Shown piece by piece: positions 37,086 through 52,738 of a stretch of DNA of 64,000 nucleotides. The position numbers and the translations under genes are program-made. Every line of letters starts with the position of its first letter. Position 1 is the first letter of the stretch. The stretch covers positions 201,066,001-201,130,000 of the forward strand of contig NC_042998.1 of the NCBI RefSeq assembly GCF_006345805.1. The letters run 5' to 3'. Source of the stretch: Octopus sinensis. Lineage: Eukaryota. The notes below the pieces were generated by a model. It was not told where the DNA came from. It did not search any database and worked only from the letters and a program-made list of their open reading frames with translations.

Positions 37086-40000
37086 AGAATGAAATCTTTC
37101 GAAAAAAAATTATAAATTACATCCACTAGCCTTAGAAAAGCGTCGTATTGTTTATAGTATTGAAGGCAGAGATCTAACAAAACCTTTAGCACGCCGGGCA
37201 AAATGCTTAGCGGCGTTTCAGCCATTATTACGTTTTCGGTTCAATGTCATAGACATACGCACGCCATGGCTGCATTTCAAAATGCTTATCAGCGTTTCGT
37301 CTACCATTCGTCCAAATTTAAGCATTGACTGATTAAATTTGGTATAAAGTAACAAATTTATTCTGACAGTGATACTCCGTCCGCTTTCGGAAGCTGATCG
37401 CATAAACATTCAAGCATACTTCATAGGTGACAATCGATGACAGAAAAGGCAACCTGCTAAGAACATTCTGAGTTTTTCAGTGGAAACATTGCTTGATATT
37501 CAGGAAGCGTTTCCTCAACATAATGAATATTTAAAGAGCTTTGAAACTACTCAGGAGAATTATGCATGAGATTGTCACTAAAATTAACAATCCACGCAGA
37601 AAATGTGTTGCTAGAAAATATGAACGTAGTCTTAATGTCATTAGTTGTAATGATGTGACCTCTATGATATGGCGTACATGTTGAAGAGCGGTTCTATACA
37701 AAATATATAATTTTGCAGAAACTTGACCGATCGCTTACATTTATATGAGTGACCTCAATACTATCTCTGGAAGGAGAATTTGAAATCCATCAAAGTCCAC
37801 TTTATTTTCATCTATTTGGAGTGAGATAAAATATATTTTCACTTAATTACGAACTGTCTCTTCTTCAAATTGCTAGTGTTGTGCCTCAGTTCAAATTAAT
37901 CGTTTCCATCAACAGTTCGTTACGTACACAGAGAATAAGTCCACGAAAATGAAGTCATTAAACTTGAATTATAAGAGGATTTTATCAACAGCTGATATCA
38001 CACGAATGCTGCTAAATTTCTTAAACTAGTCCCAATCATTCATAGGAAGCGTTGTATAAATGCCAGCGTGAATAAATTGAAGAGGTTATTTAAGTATGTC
38101 GGAATATTTGGCCACCTTGATCTGTTCATTTATTTCTCATAAAATCCAAAATGTCATGGAATAATAACTGAATTGTTTCTATGCCACAAGGTTAAATATT
38201 TGCATATTATTGCCTTTGGAGATTTCAACGATCTAGTTTAAAGAGCCATTAAAAAGAAAAACCTATTTGAGGATAGTTTTGTTGTTTTCGCTGCATTATA
38301 GAATGCCAGAAGACCATTATTTTATTTGGTTAGTGGAAACGTTCTCTGAAACTACACACTTTTCTCACCTGCTTTCCTTCCTGAATGGCATTGTGAATAA
38401 ATCATATATTTCATAAATTCTTGAATTGTAATTCGGAAAACATAACTCGAGCAGAAAGAAGAGTCCATGTCTTTGTCTGGTTGAAATTCCAACCGATCTT
38501 TTTGGATATTCATATGCACTCACTAATCAAATTTCACAACTGAAATAGATAATCAGATGAGAGTTACGTATATGCAGTTCTTTTCAATAATCTTTAAAGC
38601 ATATATAAGAACGAAAATTTGACGTTCAGCTATTATATCGCATGTAAGTATGTGGACAAAATTTCATTCAGAGAAGCATGCGAGCACTTTTAATCGAAGA
38701 TAATAACAACAAGGCACATGAGGATTTCGTATTTGCTATTCTGCATACAAATTTTAACAGTTGGTCAAAAAAGTCATTACGTCGTATTATCCATCGTATC
38801 CAATTCACCTGTAGGCTAAAGCACACAAAATTACTTTTCAGTCATGTGTGAGAACGTCCGAATCTCTCCAGTCATCAGAGACAGTATTCAGTCTTTCCCT
38901 TTAAATACTGAAAGATGTGACAAAGGAAATATGCATGAAATATTTATATTAACTTTACAGACAGTCACCAGAAAATAAATTTCAAATTATGATGAGTAAT
39001 GGCCGGTTCATAGAAACAATTGCTAAAATCGAGGATGATTTTTAACTAAAGTGGTTGATAAATGATGCGAGATGATTTTATGCCGATAAACTCTTGCAAG
39101 CAAAAAAAGAAACAGGGACTTCTTTTAGATTTACTCCCCAAAGAAGGGCGCCACCAGACGTTGTCCTCATTAGTATAGTGTCGACAGAGTTCATGAGTGG
39201 AATTTTCAATCATTACACTTTTAAATTTCTTTTAAACCTGAAATGCTTAGATTCATCTTTATTCATTATTGGTTGACTTTGAAACTTGATAGCTCTTTCC
39301 TTTGGCATGATTTCGAAAACGAACATCGCATTTTCAGGACGAAAACGTATAACATAAAAGAAAACAAAAAAAAAATTCTATATATCACACTTAAGCAAAG
39401 GACCGGCAGATGACGTTAATGACTGACTCAAAGCTTCATCTACGAATTTTAAACATTTCAATTTCCTGTAAGCCTTTTTGTTATTATTAGCATCAAAAGT
39501 GAGAATGATAAATCTGAAAGTGGGGGAAATCAACCAGCATTAATATTGGCGCAACATGATCGATTCTATCTCGCTTATTCCGAGATGGAGATGTAGGTAA
39601 CATTTTGTTGTAGCTAACTAAAGCGAAAAAAAAATCTAATATTTATACCTACAAGTATTGCAGCATACCTTCGGAACACGTTACACATTGAGAAAATAAT
39701 TCACCAATTAACATTTCCCCAGAGAAAAGAAACAGCAAATATATAAGTGAAATTTTACTTCTGTTTTACTTCATGTTCCTTTGATTAATTATTTAGTTAC
39801 TAATAGTTAGTTTCGTTTTCTCTTAGTACAGGTGGATGAGACTCAAATTGTTGATTGGCTGTAATAATTCGCATTCTCCCAACTAAGAGAGTGTGTTCGT
39901 ATCGTTTTATCCAATTTATGCAAAATCTAGTTAATTAATGTAACCACATTTTTATGTTTAGGAGCCGAGTACCGCAGTAAGTAAACAAAATAATACAATT

Positions 40001-40191
40001 CTTAATAGGGGACTTGACCACAAATATCATAGTCCAACCAGTAGCTGAGACTGAAGGATGTAAATTATATGCATTTAGCCAAAATGGGTAAATACGCTTA
40101 TAATAACTATCTAAATCACACAGAAAATATAATTATCATTATATCAACTTTTGATAAGATTGGTGTTTAACAAACGCCGAATCCGTCTGAA

Positions 40192-40259
<68 letters not shown>

Positions 40260-40601
40260 TGTATGTATGTATATATGTATATAAGAGGGAAGTACGAAGA
40301 AAAATAAATGAAAATGCACATTGGAAATAAAAAATAAGGGCTTTTTTATGAAAGGTAACGAGAGATATATACAATTAGATGAACTGAGGTAAGAATAAAA
40401 GCAATAAAAGTCATGACTTTTATTACTTTATTCCTAACTGAATTTTTCTAATTATATATATCTATCGTTACCTTTCATAAAAAGCCTTTATTTGTTTTAT
40501 TTCCAATGTGCATTTTCATTTATTTTTCTTCTTACTTTCCCCTAACATTTCCACGAGTAGTTTCTACTTTCATTTTATAACACACACACACACACGCACA
40601 G

Positions 40602-40680
<79 letters not shown>

Positions 40681-40681
<1 letters not shown>

Positions 40682-41051
40682 TCTTTTACTCTTTTACTTG
40701 TTTCAGTCATTTGACTGCGGCCATGCTGGAGCACCGCCTTTAGTCGAGCAAATCGACCCCGGGACTTATTCTTTGTAAGCCCAGTACTTATTCTATCGGT
40801 CTGTTTTGCCGAACCGCTAAGTGACAGGGACGTAAACACTCCAGCATGCTAGGGGCACAAACACACACACACAATACATAAATATATACGACAGGCTTCT
40901 TTCAGTTTCCGTCTACCAAATCCACTCACAAGGCATTGGTCGGTCCGGGGCTATAGCAGAAGACACTTGCCCAAGATGCCACGCAGTGGGACTGAACCCG
41001 GAACCATGTGGTTGGTTAGCAAGCTACTTACCACACAGCCACTCCTGCGCC
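40681..41051 (-). mobile_element. SINE family A
   Basis: Reverse complement of the 35019 copy. Confidence 0.9.
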
Positions 41052-41669
41052 TATATATATATATATATATATATATATCACCAAATTTGTTCCAAAGGAG
41101 ATCAGTTCGTTTTTTCCATAGAAACAGAAGATCACAGTAAAATATAGATCATTCATATTATCATGATGGCTAAGTGCGTTCAGAGAGATAGATTGTGTTA
41201 TAAGCAGGCTGGGTGGCCACATTCATGCTTCTCTCCTGATTCTCCATGAGCCCCTTTAAAATTGGACACGCTTACATTGCTGCGTATAACAAAGCGTATG
41301 ACCAGAATATATATATACACATTTACGTGTATGTATGAAACGCCTTAAAGTCTCCTCGAAACGAATTCTTTATCCATGTATGAGTCTGTTTCCATCTTTC
41401 TTTGTTGCTCCCTCTCTCCCTCTTTCAATTCGCTCGCCATATCTGTCAATCCCTGCTCTCCCTTTTGTACAGACATACCTGTGAATACGTGTGTATAAAT
41501 ATGTGTGTGTGTGTGTGTGCTTGTGCATGTCAGTGTGTGTGTGTCTATGCGTGTATGTGCGTGAACGTGCGTGTGCTTGTGTTTGTGTTTGCACGTGTGT
41601 GTTCATAAGTGAAGTAAGAATATATTCTTATACATATAATCTAATACTTGGAAACGTACAAGCACATAA

Positions 41670-41738
<69 letters not shown>

Positions 41739-44700
41739 CACCTTACAATTTCTTTATTTCTTATATACTTTGATACGTTGTGGGAATTGTTAGCTAAAAG
41801 ATAAAAGAGACATTCTACTGCTTCATGGCGTCAGTCTGCAGAGCACACCTGCTCCTAAAATGCGACAGGCATGCAAACTATGAATCGCAGAATTATTATG
41901 GTGTATATAATTCCTACATTGTGATGGACTTCGACACGCCAAAATGCAATATTACAATCAAAAGACTGGAACATTCATTTCCTGAATCCTTCGCTTGAAA
42001 TTTTGCCAGGTGCAACGATATTATTATTTGTATTTTTTTTATTTTTTCTTTTCAGCTGCTTTATTTTTATTAACTGCCTTCGCTCTGATAATGAATGCGG
42101 TTCTTTACGCCTTCGATGCGAGCAAGTGTTTTGCTTTGTTGTTTGCATTTTCAATACCCTGGAAAGTACTTTATGTAGTATGTATGTAACGATTATTAAT
42201 GCTATATTTTATTTTCCTTTATACACATGTTTATGCTGTTCTTTGCGTTATATATTTATTTCTATGATATTTTTATGAAATTTTTTTTATCCTCACCAAC
42301 TTACATTTTTAGGGTCTGATTTCTGTTTCTGTTTCTACAGATTTGTCTTCTCTATCTCTGCCTAGATTTAGAGTATCCTGCTTGTCTCTGAAAACAGTAT
42401 CTTAGATTATACTTGATATATCACAGAGAACGGCTGTCAGTCAGTGTATGATTCATTTTTAGGTTAAACATTATATGATCCATTCTCTGTTGGTATTTCA
42501 CAAGACTGAATTAATTCGGCATCATATAAACACTCAACACTATAATGCATGTACATTTTTTTTAATGTAGACAATTTGAATAATTTTTATTCTTACCACC
42601 AATATATTCTCCTGTTATTTATTGTATTCGGTTTCACTATATATATTGTTTACCCTTGTCGAGAAAGTTTTTTTAATCCTCTGTCATACACAAGTGACTT
42701 TGAATGTCATCTCTACGACCTGATCTCAGAGACGTGCGATCATGTCCTTTCTTTTTTTTTTCGTTCCAATCTTTTTCTTCTTTTTTCCAGTATTTGCAAT
42801 TATAGCCTTTTCTTACAACCATTTTAGCTTAGTAGATTTATAGCCAAATTTTCAGTTTAGTACTTTTAGCTTTTATAAGTATTTCTATTGCTGTTTCCCC
42901 TTTGCCCTCCAAAGCTGATTCTCATTTTAGATATTATTTTACATTTGATTTTTTTCCCCTTAAAGCGGAAAACAGTTTGTCATTTTGTTCATGTTTTGTA
43001 TCTATAAGAACTTGTTTTCTCTTATTTTTACTACATATATTTGTAGCTGTGCAAAATGTTTCATAAGAGTTTTCTTGTGACACAAGGCTCTCTGCTCTAC
43101 TATATTATAAATATAATCTTTTCTATGTCACTTGTTTGGAGATGTAATCTAAATAAAGTAATTTCTCTTGTTTTTTTTTCTGTTTATTTAGTATGGTGAA
43201 TTCTTTTAGCATACATATGTGAATATAATAAAAGATACATATATATATATATATATATATTACTGGGATAGCTAGAATATTGATGTATTTCACCTTATTT
43301 TGTAAATAGTTTTTGCATTAGTTCACTGCTTAATATTAATCTAATGTGTCAATAATACTTTTCACACAACTATATAGACATATTTGGTTTTAAAGCATTT
43401 GTAGTTCTAAGTTTCTTGTAATTAATTTATTTCCACATTGTTATACATATATACTTAGTCTTAAAAAAGAATAAATAAATCAGTGTACTGCCTGCACAGA
43501 GATTTGTTTGTGTTTAGCGTGCAACCATCTGTAGTCTATATAAAATAATAGTTAACTGTCCTCCCATAGCATTAATATATACTTTAACTCCAGTTATGCA
43601 AGGTAGTGACCTGCAGAGAAGTATGTAGCTGTCCCATGGAAATATTCGCCTTCTGCTGCAAGTAAGGTAATGTTTTATAACACTTTTATTTTTCACTTCA
43701 GACTTGTTTGCTTCGTTCTCGTCACATGTTTGTATATATTAGTGATACAACTTCATTCTGTACTCATGAATAATATTTCTGTATCATGAGATAATCATGC
43801 AAAGCTCACTCCCGCCCATATCGTTCTAACTTCGGACGAGATTTCGGAGCTCAATCATTACCATTTATGACTAAATGACAAGTGTCTATTTCTAAATCCC
43901 ATAATGTCCAGGAACTATTTTTCATCATGACTTAATTTCCATGTATTTGTACTGTTTGTCTCTACAATTCCACAAACTTCGCCACCTCAAAGCAAAATTT
44001 ATCTAATATATACATGCTTACGACTATATACATATTGTACTAGCTTACGGCGTACTCTTGCATTATTCAGAGACTTCCTAATTCAATTGTCTTTTCCCGA
44101 TTTAATCCTTCCGCTAAACAACCACTGAGTTCTTATTTATTTTCAGCTATCTGATGATATAATCTGTGGTAGTTTCATCCAATAATTTTTTGACATTACA
44201 TCTCACTTCACAATCAAGGCTTCACACATATTCAGCTTAAACTCCTTACCAATATACTTTTACATTGATTTACTGTTTTAGAAAGTGAATCCAGGTCATT
44301 TCCATTTTCGTGTATAATTGAAGATTATAGATATGATAGTTTTTTATGTTCTCCTTGTTCTTAGCAAGCTCGTTAGCAGAACCATTAAGCTTACTCTTGA
44401 AAAAAAATGGACAGATCGAGCTACCCTTAAATATAACCCTCCGGATTTTATCATTTTCTAATTAGTCACTTTCACACGTTTGTGCTGCTTGCGATATTTT
44501 ATCATGGACTCCGAGGGCCCTTAGGCACATCAGACTATAGTACTATCATATAAGTTCTTGTAATCCATTTCCTCACCATGTTCTGCTTTCTTATCCACAC
44601 TTCGCTTAATACCAGGTAATATATATACAATAAGCGAGCATTTCCCTTTGATGTTTATCTGCATACTTTTTGCTCTACTGGTACCAGTTTCGCATTTTCA

Positions 44701-45279
44701 ATAGCGCAATACAATTAAATTGCTTTGCGACAAGCTAGTAAATTCCTGGATGAATGGTAAACACACAATAAGCCTATGATTACCGAGTTCTTACTTTCTT
44801 TTTTTCTGTGGTTACAATGACCTCTCTTTTGTCATTCACATTGGTGTTCCATTTCTTTACATTCCGTTGGAAAATGCATCAGTATGCTAGAAGGATTCAC
44901 AGTATTTCAAATATCTGATTCCTGCATTCACTCTAATGCCAAACTAATAACTCTGAACACCGTCAAGTGTAAGAGCTTTGCACTATGACATTTCAAAGCA
45001 CAATTTCCATTTTCGTTCTCATATTCGTTGCATTAGTTTATGTTAATTTAATTTTTAAGCCACGTTTAAAATCCTGTTGCAAATCTGCTTTGTTATAGCC
45101 CTTTTTTAAAAAAGTTATTTTGATATATCGCTTTCTGGTTTTCATTCTCAATGTCCAGTTAATGATAAAATGCCCTTCAGTCGTTCCAGAAGAGCTGTCT
45201 CTGCTGATGTTGATTCATTAGTCGTCGATTAGTGCCATTTTTAATTGGCTTTCATTGAATTTTAACTTTATTCTTTAAC

Positions 45280-45695
45280 ATTCTTTAATTTGTTTCAGTC
45301 ATTTGACAGCAGCCGTGCTGGGGCACCGCCTTTAGTCGAACAATTCGACCCAGGACTTATTCTTTGTAAACCTAGTACTTGTTCTATCGTTCTCTTTTGC
45401 CGAACCGCTATTTTACAGGGACGTAAACACTCCAACATCCGTTGTCCAGTGATGTTGGGGGAACAAACTCAGACACACAAACATATACACATGCATATAC
45501 ATACATACATATATATATATATACATATATATACGATGGCCTTCTTTCAGTTTCCAACTACTAAATCCACTCACAAGGCTTTGGTCGGCCCGCGGCTATG
45601 GTAGAAGACACTTGCCCAACGTGCCACGCAGTAGGACTGAAACCTTAATCATGTAATTGGTAAGCAAGCTACTTACCACACAATCACCCTGCGCC
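45280..45695 (-). mobile_element. SINE family A
   Basis: Reverse complement of family A. Confidence 0.88.
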
Positions 45696-46296
45696 TATTG
45701 TTTTTCGTAATTCATTTTCATATTTTGGCAGATTATAAACTTCCATATCTGAGATAATAATATCTTCGACGCTCATCATTATGGTTTTCATTTTCAGTAT
45801 TATCTTTTCTTATAAGATTTATCATCACACTATAAGTATTAAGCTGCTCAACCTCATTTTGAAATTTCTTGGCTTAAATTTTAATTTCAGAAATTTCTGT
45901 AGTAAATGAGGTTTAGCAGTTTATGAGGTCATTTCCATCTCTTAATTCTTCAAAACGTTGATCTTCACTAATAGTTTATTCAATCACTTGAGTGACTTTC
46001 ATAGCTTATTTTTACATTGAAATGCTCTCAGATCTGTTAATTCCATTACTTGTTCATTTAGACATTAAAGTAAGCTCATATCCGCATTTTTTAAAGATTA
46101 TCTCTTGGCGAAATAACGTTTATTTTCACTATCACAACGGATTTTCTTCTGATGATTCTTTAATCTTTCCGTTATTTGCTGCATAATTTCCTCTCTTATG
46201 CACACACACTTATAATTTTCCATTGTTCACCACTTTTGTTATTCTGAAAAAAAAAGGTTGCTTTATTCCAGTCGTCTGCCCTCTCACTGTAATATC

Positions 46297-46527
46297 TATT
46301 TCTTTACTACCCACAAGGAGCTAAAACACAGAGAGGACAAACAAGGACATACAAGCTGATTATGTCGATTACATCGACCCCAGGGCGTAACAGGTACTTA
46401 ATTATCGACTCCGAAAGGATGAAAGGCAGAGTCGACCTCTGCGGAATTTGAACTCAGAACGTAACGGCAGACGAAATACCGATAAGCATTTCTTCTGGTG
46501 CGCTAACGATTCTACCAGCTCGCCGCC
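46297..46527 (-). mobile_element. SINE family B
   Basis: Full head-to-tail copy. GTAATAT occurs on both sides (possible TSD). Confidence 0.88.
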
Positions 46528-46673
46528 TTCGTAATATTATCGAGAGGAGTGTTAATAGTCTGTAGTGTTGTGGTTTTGTAGGCCCCTTTAAATTTTGGCA
46601 TTAAGACGGTTTAGCTCCCGTAAGCAATTCATGCGTTATCTCTGTATCTATCACCATCTCATTGATTATGCCA

Positions 46674-46722
46674 GCACCACATCTGCACTACATGTGCACC
46701 ACATGTGCACCACATGTGCACC
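46674..46722. repeat. 11-bp tandem repeat (GCACCACATGT) x~4.5
   Basis: Directly visible. Confidence 0.85.
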
Positions 46723-49650
46723 TGTTAGGAATTTTACCCGACAGTTAAGGATCTTGTGTTCTGATGCCTTTCAGTTGTTTGTTTTTTGTAGTATTTGCGT
46801 TACTTCTGTTATGGATACACATTGTGGCTCAGGTGCCGTGACTGTCGCTGATTTTTGCAATAGTTTCCCGTGTGATTCATTCACATGCCATAATCCTCCC
46901 CATGATGTTATACTTCTGGGTAGATTCTGTGTATGTTGGACTCAAATATTCTGCTCTATTCAAAGGATCGTTTGGCGTTTTTCATACCTGTTGGTTCTTT
47001 GTAATTTAGAAAAGATCCCGTATCTTAGGCCTACTTTATTTTGAGGAACATCTAGTTTGGTATTTCATATTTCTATTGTATTTGTCTCTGTTTACCGTTG
47101 CTTAGTGATGTTGTTCCTTACTGATTTGACTAAGGATTGACAAATCCTCTTTCTTATTTCCTATTTTTTCTGAATATGTGTTTTCCATGATTTTCCCTAA
47201 AAATTTGATACTCTTTTTTGAATGAATCTGAAGTAGTTTCCGTTGTGACTACAGAGGCTGCTGTATATATTATATAATTTATCCGTATTATGTTGATGTA
47301 TAATTGCATGCTTGGCTCTTCGTGAATTCCCCTCCTCGTGTTTTATATACGTATCAGATCATGATTAATAGCTGGGTTAGGGAGAAATGCTAAGGGACAC
47401 CTCATTTCAATTGAAATATCCGAGGAGTGAGAGCAGCGGCTGTGTAAGCGAATGACTTCAGCGCAATTGTGTTGACACCGCGGAGCAAATGTGCTAGACA
47501 ACATCTTAGATAAGACGATGGCAGGAGCAAAAATATATATGGACACATGCAGATGACTGTTGGACAAGAAGCCGGTTGGTCAGCTTCACCCAACAACGGA
47601 AAGAGAGGAAGTTAACCATGATTTGTCGAGCCATGATAGCTTAGATCACTAGCAAAATTATCTCAAGTCTTGCCGTCGTGCATTCCCTCACTACACATCT
47701 AATCAGATTAGAGCTGGTGTCCTTCAGTTTCTCGTGCAATGGGTGCATTCCTCTGGTCAGACATTCCATTTCTGAATGGCTGCTTGTGTATGTCGAAGCT
47801 GCTAATGAGCACACTCGTTGTATCTGCATTACTTGCGGCATTTCCTGGGCACTTAGCGACCTGGGAAATCTTCGTAATACAAGCTTTATCATAGTTCGTC
47901 TCATCTCCGAAATTGAAGTTCTGAGTTAGAAAATTAAAGAAAGAGATGTGTGCAACTTTAAAGTGCAATACATTGATTACCATCCTGTTCTATATTTTAG
48001 AATATGCCGCTAAGACGTCCACCTTCTCACACATAGTGCTTAGAGTCGATTCTCGTTTTGTAGATTTATGGCCTGTACTTCGATGAACGAAGTTCGGAGC
48101 AATAACCAAATGAATTTTTATTCATATAATCAACTTAATATATTTTCACTATGGAGATATATTATGGATATATATTTCAGATTTCTTCACATAGTTATAA
48201 CACAAGTAGTACAGAGGTATCATTTTAAATTATTTTCTAAACATCTGTATAGATGCAGTTTTTAATATTTTATAATATCTATGTATACACCAGTTTCTAT
48301 AATTTAATTCTACTCTGTTTCTTAGCAGTGCCTCTTATAAGAGATCATGATTTTTGTGAAGCTTGATATTTGATCTCATTGCGATTCTTTATAATATGTT
48401 GATATACCGCGGCTTTTAGCTCCCGCAGAAATGCGATTGTTTTTTTAGAGAATTAGGATAAAATGTAATTGGTTCAAATGTCTTTCTTGGGGTTGCCAAA
48501 TCTTAACTCTTGACATTTTATAAATACCTACATTCTTTTCAGACAAATATCATTCATTACGTCATATCATTCATACTCCTTGAACACGTCGTAGAATTAA
48601 ACTGCTAGGTACTCACTCTTTGCTAGATTACTACTTGGGTCATATTAGCTCAGGCGAAAATTTGTCGATAGTCTTCGGAAAACCAAGAAAGACGCTATCA
48701 ATGCTAATGCAGATATATCACGTTATAATGATGCCATTTTCTCATATTTACGTACAGAAAATAAATAAATAAAAAATAAAGAAAAATAAAGAAATAAACC
48801 AAACATAAAATCTTAGTAATATTTGACTACCAGGATATATCAGAAAGCTATCCAATTTATAGCCATTAGGGTTTTCCATAGCTACTCAGTAATAATAGAT
48901 GTTAATTTCCATATCTCACTTAAGAGACGATAAGAGTATGTTGAATCTCAATTTTCAACAACATTTATATTTGGTAATGGTAATAATAGCTCTTTCTCTT
49001 CAAAAAAGATCTGTTTTAGATAAAGATGAGAGAATAACAGAAGATCGTTTAACACAGTCTCGACTGTATCCAGTGGAATGTAATTGCTATTAGAAATTAT
49101 ATGAGGTGCGTTGTAAAGTTTTGTTCCAACGTATAGTTTTGCGTTATATGCCTAATTTTCTCTCTTATTCTTAACACCCTCCTTATTACCGTTATTATTT
49201 TATTCGACTTTATTTTCGCATGTTATATAGCGTCTTTGAATGATTGTTGATTATATTTAATTCTAAGGTTTGCCCAATGTATGTCAGTGCGTGTATAAGT
49301 GCTTTTCAGTGCTTAGGCGTTCGTGTGTGTGTGTGTGTGTGCCTGATTTAAGTCCAATTGCCATAAGAACGTCTATTATATTTATCTATTTATCTTTGTA
49401 TGTATCTGTCTGACGATCAATTTACTCATCCACCTGTTTATGTGTGTGTGTGTGACTAGGTATATGTGTATTATATATATATATATATATATACATATTT
49501 ACAGAGAGAGAGAGAGGAGAGAGAGAGAGAGGTAGATATATGCATATTTATATATATGCTTGTATATGTTTGTATACATGTATATATATATTCTGTATAG
49601 TGAATGAAGGTATAAAGACACACACATAGATACACACACATCATGTACAT

Positions 49651-49690
<40 letters not shown>

Positions 49691-49729
49691 GTATATAGAT
49701 AGATAGACGGATAAATAGACAGATAGACA

Positions 49730-49804
49730 GACAGATAGACAGACAAATAGACAGATATATAGATAGATAAATAGACAGAGAGTCAAGCAGACAGACAGAC
49801 AGAC

Positions 49805-49835
<31 letters not shown>

Positions 49836-49838
49836 GGG

Positions 49839-49891
<53 letters not shown>

Positions 49892-49906
49892 GGATAGATA
49901 GATAGT

Positions 49907-49960
<54 letters not shown>

Positions 49961-50080
49961 TAGATAGATAGATAGATAGATAGACAAACAGGCAGACAGA
50001 CAGATAGATATATTGCTAAACTGATTGATTGATTGATTGATCGATAGATAGATTGATTGATTGATTGATTGATTGATTGA
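49730..50080. repeat. (TAGA)n/(CAGA)n/(TTGA)n compound microsatellite
   Basis: Directly visible. Confidence 0.95.
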
Positions 50081-51199
50081 CGCTGTCGCTATATTTCTAT
50101 ATTTAGTACATTCGATATTAATATCTACATAACTGAAACAATTTCGCGACCAAAGTATAAAAAGTTACTAAAGAAAGTTGAATATTTTTTCTTTTACAAT
50201 ATGGCTGACAAAACAGCTTTTTAACAAAAACATAATGTGAATTATAACGAAAGATTTCAGAAACTCGGTGAACTGAATCCACAGATTGCATTCTGTGTGT
50301 GTGTGTGGTGTGTGTGTGTGCGTGTGTCTGTGTTCGTATGTGTTTTTGTGTATAAGTGTGCGTGTATGTGTATATGTGTGTTGTATGTGTGTGTGTGTTT
50401 CCTGTGTTTGGAATGCAGAAAATATTTGTTATTTTCTTTGCGTTGCTCTTTCTCTGATTCTACTAGTGATCTGAAGGTTTTTTACCATATGTTAATTTTG
50501 GGTTAATATTTCAGGTTAATTTTAAATGCTCACTTTCCCCAAAGATCTCAATGAGTTTGGGAGTGCGGTGTATGCTTACAAGTTGAAAGTTTATTATAGG
50601 CACATGCGATTTGTGACGCTTTCATCACTGCGTAAAGGGCAGGGAAAATGTAACTAATGAAATATGTGCCCTGATTAATCTCGAATAGGATCAGAATAAC
50701 TCTACATCCCAAGGTTGCACTTTCAAATTCCGGGTATCAATCCATGAGGCAGAGTTCAGCAACTCTATTTCCGCCACAATGTATACTTTGTTTGACTCGA
50801 GGTTACCGTAAGATCGCTCTGGACCTTTTACAATTTGTGTATAACACAGAATATCTTGAAGTGTTTTGTGCCAGAATAATTGTTTTGTACTTCTAACAAA
50901 TATATGTGTATCCAAATTATTTTAAACTTCACATTCAAATAGGTTTCATCATACTTTTATCCTAAAGCATAATAGTATCAGACCGGTTATTCTTCTAGCC
51001 ATTTTCTGTAGATTCAGTGCTTTTCATAAGAAACCAAAGATCATGACACATGTTCAGTATTATGAAGCTTGTATTTTAATTGTGATGAATTGCTAGTCAT
51101 CGTTTGATAACGTGGTGGCAGTTGAAATTGCATTCATCTTTGCATGTTGTCATTGATATAGTTGTTGCTACATGGCGAGTTAGCTCTGAGTGAGTAGAT

Positions 51200-51420
51200 A
51201 CAATATCAAAGGCATTTCATCCAGAACAACCTGATTACAATTTCAGACATTCCATTTACAACCGCGTCATCCTGTGTGTTCTACATGTTAAAGATGATAG
51301 GTCAAGCCATGATTTCTTGGATATTTATTTAGCCGACATTTGTAGATGCAGTAAACCACGTAGATGATCAATCTTTCGCAAGTGCAAGAGATTAGTGTTG
51401 ATAATTCTACCGAAGTTCCT
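51200..51420 (-). mobile_element. Possible PLE GIY-YIG endonuclease remnant
   Basis: SCTCERLIIYVVYCIYKC resembles the C.S.N.IY.I.C..C start of PLE GIY-YIG domains. Short and degenerate. Confidence 0.3.
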
Positions 51421-51735
51421 GAATCAGCTGACGAATGGAGAACAAGCAAGTCAAACAATAAACACTAATTCATCTTTCATTGAAACAGTCACAATCAGAA
51501 CAATAGCTAATCATACTATAAAAGCTAATCCTACCTCATAGAGAGAAGAGACACTGGCGCTCAACGAATTACCTTTAAGCTAACTTACCTCACTACAAAC
51601 TATATATATTATAGATGCCTATTTAAAACTTGCCGTTTTGTTTACATTGTATAAAGCAACTCGTACTCAGGTTGTTTTTTTCTTTATTTGAAGTCGGAGC
51701 CAATAAGGAAATAAATAAGTAAATAAATGAATAAA

Positions 51736-51878
51736 TGTAAGTAGCTTGTTTACTGACCACATGGTTCCGGGTTCAGTCCCACTGCGTGTTACCTTGGGCA
51801 AGTGTCTTCTACTATAGCCTCGAGCCGACCAAAGCCTTGTGAGTGGATTTGGTAGACGGAAACTGAAAGAAGCCTGTC

Positions 51879-51922
<44 letters not shown>

Positions 51923-52135
51923 GTGTGTGTTTGTGTGTCTGTGTTTGTCCCCCCTAGCATTGCTTGACAACCGATGCTGGTGTGTTTATGTCCCCGTTAC
52001 TTAGCGGTTCGGCAAAAGAGACCGATAGAATAAGTACTAGGCTTACAAAAGAATAAGTCGAGTTGCTCGACTAAAGGCGGTGCTCCAGCATGGCCGCAGT
52101 CAAATGACTGAAACAAGTAAAAGAGTAAAGAGTAA
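51736..52135 (+). mobile_element. SINE family A, 5'-truncated
   Basis: Body and tail match family A. Confidence 0.88.
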
Positions 52136-52358
52136 TAGCAAATAGAGTATGTTGAAACTGGAGAGAAGAGATCGGGAAAAACCTAAACATTTGTTACAAA
52201 TATTGACTCGAATTAATTTCAGTCTTAATTTAATCCGTACAGCTTTCTGGAATTTCATTCAAATTGAGAGAGAGAAATGTGGACGCTACATTGGTAACAC
52301 ATGCGGTACCGTTTGATGGAGCACTGCAGCATGAGAGCTGAATATGGTAGCAGATAGT

Positions 52359-52738
52359 GGAGGCGCAATGGTCCAGTGGTTAGGGCAGCGGACTCGCGGC
52401 CATAGGATCGTGGTTTCGATTCCCAGACCGGGCGTTGTGAGTGTTTATTGAGCGAAAACACCTAAGAGCTCAAACGAAGCACCGGCAGGGGATGGTGGTG
52501 ATCCCTGCTGTACTCTTTCACCACAACTTTCTCTCACTCTTACTTCCTGTTTCTGTTGTACCTGTATTTCAAGGGGCCGGCCTTGTCACTTTCTGTGTCA
52601 CGCTGAATATCCTCGAGAACTACGTTAAGGGTGCACGTGTCTGTGGAGTGCATGTCACTTACACGTTAATTTCACGAGCAGGCTGTTCCGTTGATTCGGA
52701 TCAACCGGAACCCTCATCGTCGTAACCGACGGAGTGCT
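52359..52738 (+). mobile_element. SINE family C, full length (tail type 1)
   Basis: A box TGGTCCAGTGG, B box GTTTCGATTCC, tail ...CGTAACCGACGGAGTGC. Confidence 0.88.

Larger units (their letters stand above)
43600..47400 (-). mobile_element. Decayed R4/Dong-clade LINE interrupted by SINEs
   Basis: VPVEQKVCR*TSKG...QNMVRKWIT resembles the RT motif EQKGC..GSRG...NL.MAWIDY. TLWDLEIDT resembles the RLE-proximal ILWDF.IQTD. Boundaries approximate. Confidence 0.5.

Noticed and set aside
51330-51400. LRR-looking string LRKIDHLRGLLHLQ as a CEP97 exon
   Set aside because: In-frame stop shortly after and no splice sites. Another frame fits a GIY-YIG relic better.
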